Source: a virus
Taxonomy: Duplodnaviria > Caudoviricetes
Direction: 5' to 3' (one strand)
Virus record (IMG/VR): IMGVR_UViG_3300030107_001538
Location: 1 to 51,631 of that record
DNA: 51,631 nt
Position 1 is the first letter of the stretch. Every line of letters begins with the position of its first letter. A program made the position numbers and the translations under genes. Positions 45,867-51,631 of this stretch are shown piece after piece. The notes beneath the pieces are model-generated. The model did no database searches. It was not told the DNA's origin and was given only the letters and a program-made list of their open reading frames with translations.

Positions 45867-48079
45867 TGGCAGAAAACGATAATACATTTTTAAATGCAAA
45901 TAACATCTACGAAGACGTAGAGGGTGAAGCTGGTAAAAGTATAGTACTTGAAGAAGACCAAAGAATTAATTTAGTTGGTATTATTCAAGGTCGTTTTGCT
46001 CAAGCAGAAACAGCTAGAGAAAGTGATGAAGCACGTTGGTTAAAAGCTTATGAAAACTATCGTGGTTTATATGCTAAAAATATTAAATTTAGAGAATCAG
46101 AAAAATCTAGAATATTTGTTAAAATAACTAAAACAAAAGTACTAGCAGCTTTTGGACAATTAGTAGATGTTATTTTTGGCACGGGTAAATTTCCAATAGG
46201 AATTTCAGAAACTAAATTACCTGAAGGTGATAAAGAAGATGCCTTTTTAGATATTAATAATCCTAATCCAAGTTTAGAATCAGGTGAAATACCAGATAAT
46301 ATTGGTAATAGATTAGAAGACCCAATGCAAGAAAATGTTTATGCATACGGTTATCAAGGCGATGGTCAAGTTTTAAAACCCGGTGCAACAATTGGTACGG
46401 GCATGTTTGAAAAAAGTATTGAAGAACAAGCCGATGAAGCAGGAATGCTTAAAGAAGGTTTAACTGCAGACCCTAAGATTATGGAAATTTCTCCAGCCCA
46501 AAGAGCTGCGAGAAGAATGGAAAAATTAGTACATGACCAAATTGAAGAATCAAATGGTTCTTCTGAAATTAGAAATGCATTATTAGAATCAGCATTGTTA
46601 GGTACAGGAATTGTTAAAGGACCATTTAATTTTAATAAACAATTAAATAAATGGAACTATAATGAAGATGGTGATAGAGAATATAATCCATTAGAAGTTA
46701 GAGTACCAAGAATAGAGTTTGTAAGTTGTTGGGATTTTTATCCAGACCCTGCAGCTACTAATATAGATGAATGTGAATATGTTGTACATAGACACAAAAT
46801 GAATAAAAGTCAATTAAGGCAACTACGTAATATGCCTTATTTTGATAAAAATATTATTCGTGAATGTTTGCAAGAAGGTGCAAACTATACTGAAAAAGAT
46901 TTTGAATCACAATTAAAAGATGATAATAAAAATGATTATGATTCATCAGTTAATTTTGAAGTGCTTGAATACTGGGGTATTATGGATGCTGAGTATGCAA
47001 GAGAAGTTGGAATTGATTTACCTAAATCTGTAGATGATTTAGATGAAGTACAAATTAATGCATGGGTATGCGGTGATAAATTACTTAGAGCAGTAATTAA
47101 TCCATTTACACCTTATCGTATTCCTTATAATGCATTTCCTTATGAAAGAAATCCCTATAACTTTTTTGGTATAGGTGTTGCTGAGAATATGGATGACTCG
47201 CAACAAATTATGAATGGTCATGCAAGAATGGCTATTGATAATTTAGCAATGGCAGGTTCATTAGTATTTGATGTTGATGAATCAGCTTTAGTCGGTGGTC
47301 AGAATATGGAAATCTACCCCGGAAAAATATTTAGGAGACAAGCTGGGATGCCCGGACAATCCATCTATGGATTAAAATTCCCCAACACTGCACCTGAAAA
47401 CATGATGATGTTTGATAGGTTCAGGCAACTTGCTGACGAGCAAACTGGGCTTCCCAGCTACTCTCATGGACAAACTGGAGTGCAAAGTATGACAAGAACT
47501 GCTTCTGGTATGTCAATGTTATTAGGGGCTGCTAGTTTAAATATTAAAACAGTCATTAAAAATCTTGATGACTTTTTATTAAAACCTTTAGGAGAAGCAT
47601 ACTTTCAATGGAATATGCAATTTTTTGAAGGTGAAATAGATGTAATAGGTGATTTAGAAGTAAAAGCAACTGGTACAAATAGTTTGATGCAAAAAGAAGT
47701 TAGAAGTCAAAGACTTACAATGTTCTTACAAACTGCACAAAATCCAAGTATTGCACCTTTTGTTAAAGTTTCTAAATTAGTTAGTGAACTTGCTTATAGC
47801 TTAGACTTAGACCCTGATGAAATATTAAATGACCCAGAAGAAGCAGCTATGATGGCACAAATTATAGGAATGCAAAATGTTGGACAAAACACAGGCGAGG
47901 AAACTCAACCCGATAGTGAACAATCTGGAAATATGGGAGGTGCTAGTGGAGTACCTCAAGAACCGCAAGATGTTGGAGTTACAGGCACTGGCGGTGGCAA
48001 CATCGGAACAGGAAATGTACCGGTTGCAGGGGAAGATAACTTCTCTGGTACACTTAGAGGAGCTGCCCCAGAAGGTTAA
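45866..48079 (+). CDS. Portal protein
   Basis: 737 aa after TerL; GTGIVK, WDFYPDP, FFGIGVAE, RTASGMSML; disordered tail. Confidence 0.85.
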   Translation: MAENDNTFLNANNIYEDVEGEAGKSIVLEEDQRINLVGIIQGRFAQAETARESDEARWLKAYENYRGLYAKNIKFRESEKSRIFVKITKTKVLAAFGQLVDVIFGTGKFPIGISETKLPEGDKEDAFLDINNPNPSLESGEIPDNIGNRLEDPMQENVYAYGYQGDGQVLKPGATIGTGMFEKSIEEQADEAGMLKEGLTADPKIMEISPAQRAARRMEKLVHDQIEESNGSSEIRNALLESALLGTGIVKGPFNFNKQLNKWNYNEDGDREYNPLEVRVPRIEFVSCWDFYPDPAATNIDECEYVVHRHKMNKSQLRQLRNMPYFDKNIIRECLQEGANYTEKDFESQLKDDNKNDYDSSVNFEVLEYWGIMDAEYAREVGIDLPKSVDDLDEVQINAWVCGDKLLRAVINPFTPYRIPYNAFPYERNPYNFFGIGVAENMDDSQQIMNGHARMAIDNLAMAGSLVFDVDESALVGGQNMEIYPGKIFRRQAGMPGQSIYGLKFPNTAPENMMMFDRFRQLADEQTGLPSYSHGQTGVQSMTRTASGMSMLLGAASLNIKTVIKNLDDFLLKPLGEAYFQWNMQFFEGEIDVIGDLEVKATGTNSLMQKEVRSQRLTMFLQTAQNPSIAPFVKVSKLVSELAYSLDLDPDEILNDPEEAAMMAQIIGMQNVGQNTGEETQPDSEQSGNMGGASGVPQEPQDVGVTGTGGGNIGTGNVPVAGEDNFSGTLRGAAPEG

Positions 48080-48107
48080 AGAAGCTTTAACACGAATTGA
48101 GGAATAA
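47877..48107 (+). CDS. Small helical head-associated protein overlapping the portal 3' end
   Basis: 76 aa; EMYRLQGKI pattern typical of post-portal genes; AGGA upstream. Confidence 0.65.
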   Translation: MLDKTQARKLNPIVNNLEIWEVLVEYLKNRKMLELQALAVATSEQEMYRLQGKITSLVHLEELPQKVKEALTRIEE

Positions 48108-48108
48108 T

Positions 48109-49170
48109 ATGTTAGAAAAAGATAAAGAACGATTAAAGTATAAAGATGGTACAGATGAAATGTCTGTATTAGATAAAAGAATAAATGCTTTAATAGGTGA
48201 AGATGTAAAATATTTAAAAGAATACGGAGATGAATATTTTAAAGCTGGAACAGGATTATTTGGTCGATTAGGTAGAAGTTTGGGTGATAGTGGAGAAGGT
48301 CGTAGAGTTTTTAATGAAATTAGAAAAGTTAATAATCAAATGGGTGATGTTTATACGAACAAAGAATTACTTGATAAAATAAATGAAACATATAAAAAAG
48401 AAAATTTAAAATTTCAAGTGTCCTCAGATATATTACCTAAAGACAAAAGAACACAAAAAGCTGCTGGAGGTTTAGAAAATCCAGAAAAAGCTGATTTAGA
48501 TAAAGATGGTGAAATATCTTCTTATGAAAAAACTAGAGGAGAAGCTATCGAAGAATCTATGCGAGAACAAAAACAAGAAGGTGGTCCAATGTCTATGGAT
48601 GACCAAATGAAAATGGCTATGGATATAACTGATGAACCTGAAATGGATTCTGATGATGAAATGGAAGATAGTTATTTAGATTTTATAATAAATGAAGCAT
48701 TATCGGATGAAGAAGAAGAAATGCTTATGACCGAATTACAAAGCAACCCACAACTAAGTATCTTGTTTGATAAAGTTTTGGATGTTGCAATGGAATTTTC
48801 AGGCTCTGGTCCTGTTGAAGGACCGGGCTCGGAAGTCTCTGATTCGATACCTGCAAGGTTATCGGATGGAGAATTTGTCTTTACTGCTAAAGCAGTGGAT
48901 GTTATCGGAGCTGACAATTTAATGTCAATGATGAAACAAGCTGAAGCTGCAGCAGATATAAGACAACCAGCTCAAGAAGGTGGAGCTATAAGGGAAGAAA
49001 TGCAACAACAAGCTGGAGTTTCAATGCCTCAAGAAACTACTCAGAATATTAGAGTAACAAAAGAGACTGTTGACCCTAGTGCGATGGTGCAAGAAGAAAG
49101 TGATTTGACAGGAGACGAAATTCGTTCTCAGATGATGCTTGACCCTTATCAGCGACACGTCAGGAGCTAA
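48109..49170 (+). CDS. Hypothetical virion-associated acidic protein
   Basis: GPGSEVSDSIPARLSDGEFV motif; EF-hand-like DLDKDGEISSYE; start revised to ATG 48109 (GAGG upstream). Confidence 0.6.
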   Translation: MLEKDKERLKYKDGTDEMSVLDKRINALIGEDVKYLKEYGDEYFKAGTGLFGRLGRSLGDSGEGRRVFNEIRKVNNQMGDVYTNKELLDKINETYKKENLKFQVSSDILPKDKRTQKAAGGLENPEKADLDKDGEISSYEKTRGEAIEESMREQKQEGGPMSMDDQMKMAMDITDEPEMDSDDEMEDSYLDFIINEALSDEEEEMLMTELQSNPQLSILFDKVLDVAMEFSGSGPVEGPGSEVSDSIPARLSDGEFVFTAKAVDVIGADNLMSMMKQAEAAADIRQPAQEGGAIREEMQQQAGVSMPQETTQNIRVTKETVDPSAMVQEESDLTGDEIRSQMMLDPYQRHVRS

Positions 49171-49180
49171 TAGGAATAAA

Positions 49181-49284
49181 GCCACCCAAGGAAACTTGGC
49201 ACTTTATAAATTACAACCGAAAGGCTACCTTTACAAGACAAGCCCTGCAAGTGCACATCGCAGCTACCTTGTTAAACGAAGCCC
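49181..49284 (+). repeat. Three GCYACC-N11-RGCMC units upstream of the scaffold gene
   Basis: Units at 49181, 49224 and 49263, with GCC/GGC versus GCT/AGC covariation. Confidence 0.65.
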
Positions 49285-49300
49285 CGAATAGGAGTAGAAA

Positions 49301-50185
49301 ATGACTAAACAAGTCCAAAAAGAGGAAACTGCCAATCCTTATAATTTAAAAAAATCTTGGCATACTGGTGAAGATGAACCTTTTAAATCAGCAGACCAGC
49401 TTTACTTTGAAGACCCATCTGAAAAGAATAAATTATTCAAATCAAATGATGTTAATGAAGCAGAGCAGGTTGGTAATGTTGAAACTGATAATTTAGAGGC
49501 ATCGAAAGATGAACCTTATAAAAAACCAGATTATAAAAAACGTTATGATGATTTAAAAAAACATTATGATACTAAACTAAATGAGTTTAGAAGCAGAGAA
49601 GAAGAGTTATTAAAACAGGCAATTCCTGAATATAAAGCTCCAAAAACTGAAGAAGAACTCGAAAAGTTTAAACAAGAGTATCCAGATGTGTTTGAAGTTG
49701 TAGAAACTGTTGCTCACATGCAAAGCGAATCTAAGGCAAAAGTTCTAGAAGAACGTCTTAGTAAACTCCAAGAACGTGAAGCAGAAATGATACAACAACA
49801 AGCTGAACAAAGGTTATATGATAGACATCCAGATTTTGATGATATTCGAAACAGTGATGACTTTCATGAATGGGCAAAAGAACAGCCTGAGTCTATCCAG
49901 CAATGGATATACAATAATGCTGACGATGCTGATTTAGCTGGTAGAGCTATTGATTTATTTAAAAAAGATAAAGGTATTGACCTTCCTAAAAAGGAAAATA
50001 AGTCATCTTCTAAGAAGACTAAACAATCTGCTGCCGATATGGTTTCAACTAAAACAACTGCGGTTGAACCAGTCCAAGAGAAAGTTTGGTCTGAAAGGGA
50101 GATTGCTGCAATGAGCATGGATGAGTTTGATAAGTATGAAAACGAAATCAGCGAAGCTATGCAACAAGGCAGAATCGTTAAATAA
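49301..50185 (+). CDS. Capsid scaffolding protein (putative)
   Basis: Acidic coiled coil, YKKRYDDL, HPDF..I..S..F.EW, C-terminal helix ending GRIVK; precedes capsid. Confidence 0.7.
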   Translation: MTKQVQKEETANPYNLKKSWHTGEDEPFKSADQLYFEDPSEKNKLFKSNDVNEAEQVGNVETDNLEASKDEPYKKPDYKKRYDDLKKHYDTKLNEFRSREEELLKQAIPEYKAPKTEEELEKFKQEYPDVFEVVETVAHMQSESKAKVLEERLSKLQEREAEMIQQQAEQRLYDRHPDFDDIRNSDDFHEWAKEQPESIQQWIYNNADDADLAGRAIDLFKKDKGIDLPKKENKSSSKKTKQSAADMVSTKTTAVEPVQEKVWSEREIAAMSMDEFDKYENEISEAMQQGRIVK

Positions 50186-50210
50186 ACTATAAACACAAAG
50201 GAGTATTATC

Positions 50211-51194
50211 ATGGCTCAATTTTTTGAACCGTCAACTGATACTGATGCTAACTTTGCAAACTCCGTTAGTGGACAAACTAATAGTTTTTTCCTACCTAAA
50301 GTTTATTCGAAAAAGGTTTTAAACTTCTTTAGAAAAGCCTCGGTAGTTGAAGCTATTACTAACACTGACTATGCTGGTGAAATATCCGCTTTCGGAGACT
50401 CTGTTAGGATTATTAAAGAACCTGTGATTTCAGTTTCTGATTACACAAGAGGTTCTGACACTACTCAAACAAAGTTAACTGACCAAGAGATAACTTTGGT
50501 TGTAGATAGTGCAAAGGCTTTCAAATTCATCGTAGATGATATTGAAACTAATATGTCACATGTAAACTTCAAAGAAGTTGCTACATCATCTGCTGCATAT
50601 GCATTGAGAGATTCATATGATGCTGCTGTTATAGCTTCTATGTTCTCTGGAGTTTCTACATCTTCACCTGACCACGTGCTAGGTGCGGATGCTTCTGCTG
50701 CTACTCAAACTATGGGTCAGCATCAAGGTGGCTCTAACGCTATAGACTTAACTGGTTCTGATGGAACAGGAACTGACCCTCTAGATGTAATGTCATTTAT
50801 GGCTAAACTTCTAGATGAGCAAAGTGTTCCAGAAGAAGGAAGATGGTTCGTTGCACCACCTTCATTCTACAATGAACTAGCTCAATCTGGTTCTAAGTTA
50901 CTGTCTGTAGACTTTAACGCAGGTCAAGGCTCTATAAGAAATGGTCTTGTATCTAGTGGTAAACTAAGAGGATTTGACATGTACAAATCTAACAACGTTG
51001 CTGCTGCTAGTACAGCTACTGGTAAAATACTTGCCGGTCACATTTCTTCGACTGCAACTGCTCAAACTATCATCTCAACTGAGGTTCTAAGAGACCCTAG
51101 TTCTTTCGGTGATATCGTAAGAGGATTGCACGTTTACGGAGCAAAAGTGTTAAGACCTGAAGCATTAGTTTCAGCTTTTTACACAGTTGATTAA
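50211..51194 (+). CDS. Major capsid protein
   Basis: FLPKVYS, NTDYAGEI..GDSVRI, GLHVYGAKVLRPE; strong SD; followed by a terminator. Confidence 0.85.
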   Translation: MAQFFEPSTDTDANFANSVSGQTNSFFLPKVYSKKVLNFFRKASVVEAITNTDYAGEISAFGDSVRIIKEPVISVSDYTRGSDTTQTKLTDQEITLVVDSAKAFKFIVDDIETNMSHVNFKEVATSSAAYALRDSYDAAVIASMFSGVSTSSPDHVLGADASAATQTMGQHQGGSNAIDLTGSDGTGTDPLDVMSFMAKLLDEQSVPEEGRWFVAPPSFYNELAQSGSKLLSVDFNAGQGSIRNGLVSSGKLRGFDMYKSNNVAAASTATGKILAGHISSTATAQTIISTEVLRDPSSFGDIVRGLHVYGAKVLRPEALVSAFYTVD

Positions 51195-51201
51195 TAAAAT
51201 T

Positions 51202-51230
51202 GGGGGAGTCTTCGGACTCCTCCTTTTTTT
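51202..51230 (+). terminator. Intrinsic terminator after capsid
   Basis: GGGGGAGTC-TTCG-GACTCCTCC followed by a T-run. Confidence 0.9.
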
Positions 51231-51241
51231 AAGGAGATATA

Positions 51242-51358
51242 ATGGAAAAACAAATTAGTTACTACGAAACAATTCATGAAAAAGAAGAAAAGTGTTCAGA
51301 AATGGTAGGTCACAATACTATGAGATTTGAATACGAAAATGACAAGGGAGAAAAGTAA
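51242..51358 (+). CDS. 38-aa hypothetical peptide
   Basis: SD AGGAG; MEKQISYYETIHEKEEKC... Confidence 0.5.
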   Translation: MEKQISYYETIHEKEEKCSEMVGHNTMRFEYENDKGEK

Positions 51359-51537
51359 TGATGTATGGAATGGACAAAAAGAAAAAAAAGAAAATGATGT
51401 ATGGTGGCATGGCTCGTAAGAAAAAAATGTACGGTGGCATGGCTCGTAAAAACATGAAACATGGTGGACCACACAATAACATGGATAGAATTGGCATGGC
51501 TATGGGCGGTGCTATGGATGTTCAAGACCCTAATTAA
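51358..51537 (+). CDS. 59-aa Met/Lys/Gly-rich peptide with repeated MYGGMARK
   Basis: TAATG coupling; four xxGG motifs. Confidence 0.6.
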   Translation: MMYGMDKKKKKKMMYGGMARKKKMYGGMARKNMKHGGPHNNMDRIGMAMGGAMDVQDPN

Positions 51538-51539
51538 TT

Positions 51540-51631
51540 ATGAAGGTCAAAGCCCCTAAAGGCTACCATTGGATGAAACAAAAAAATGGTAGTTTTAAAT
51601 TAATGAAACACAAAGGTAAGTTTGTTCCTCA
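51540..51631 (+). CDS. Small basic protein, truncated by window end
   Basis: MKVKAPKGYHWMK... Confidence 0.55.
   Translation, partial: MKVKAPKGYHWMKQKNGSFKLMKHKGKFVP

Noticed and set aside
51310-51525. His-rich 71-aa minus-strand ORF
   Set aside because: Antisense of the ATG-rich + strand peptide, which has a coupled start and fits the operon direction.

Overview
The window is most of the genome of an AT-rich tailed dsDNA bacteriophage, probably a marine podovirus of a proteobacterial host (host is inferred). It appears circularly permuted, starting in the tail adaptor gene and ending just after the major capsid gene. There are three blocks. (1) + strand, 1-23675: tail adaptor and nozzle, three tail fibres with S74-type chaperones, internal virion proteins, M15 endolysin, holin and an unusual secreted-protein cassette. 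(2) - strand, 23680-40414: class I RNR, T7-like endonuclease, exonuclease, Tyr762-type PolA, primase-helicase, SSB and many small early genes. (3) + strand, 41184-end: TerS, IscU, small basic proteins, TerL, portal, scaffold and capsid. I saw no RNA polymerase, integrase, tRNA or CRISPR. The most unusual features are non-coding. One is a ~0.8 kb imperfect fold-back (~40010-40815) that pairs the two outermost early genes with a non-coding mirror arm; it favours the + strand and has a two-eared tip containing GCGAAGC. Another is a glnA-type glutamine riboswitch (43499-43611) upstream of an unannotated 38-aa twin-YRG (DUF4278/IF17-like) peptide ending in LAA. Also present are a Pho-box-like repeat, back-to-back sigma70 promoters, several structured leaders, an ATA-initiated ejection-type gene and apparent avoidance of GATC and CCWGG. 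All product calls come from motif recognition and synteny; no database searches were run.
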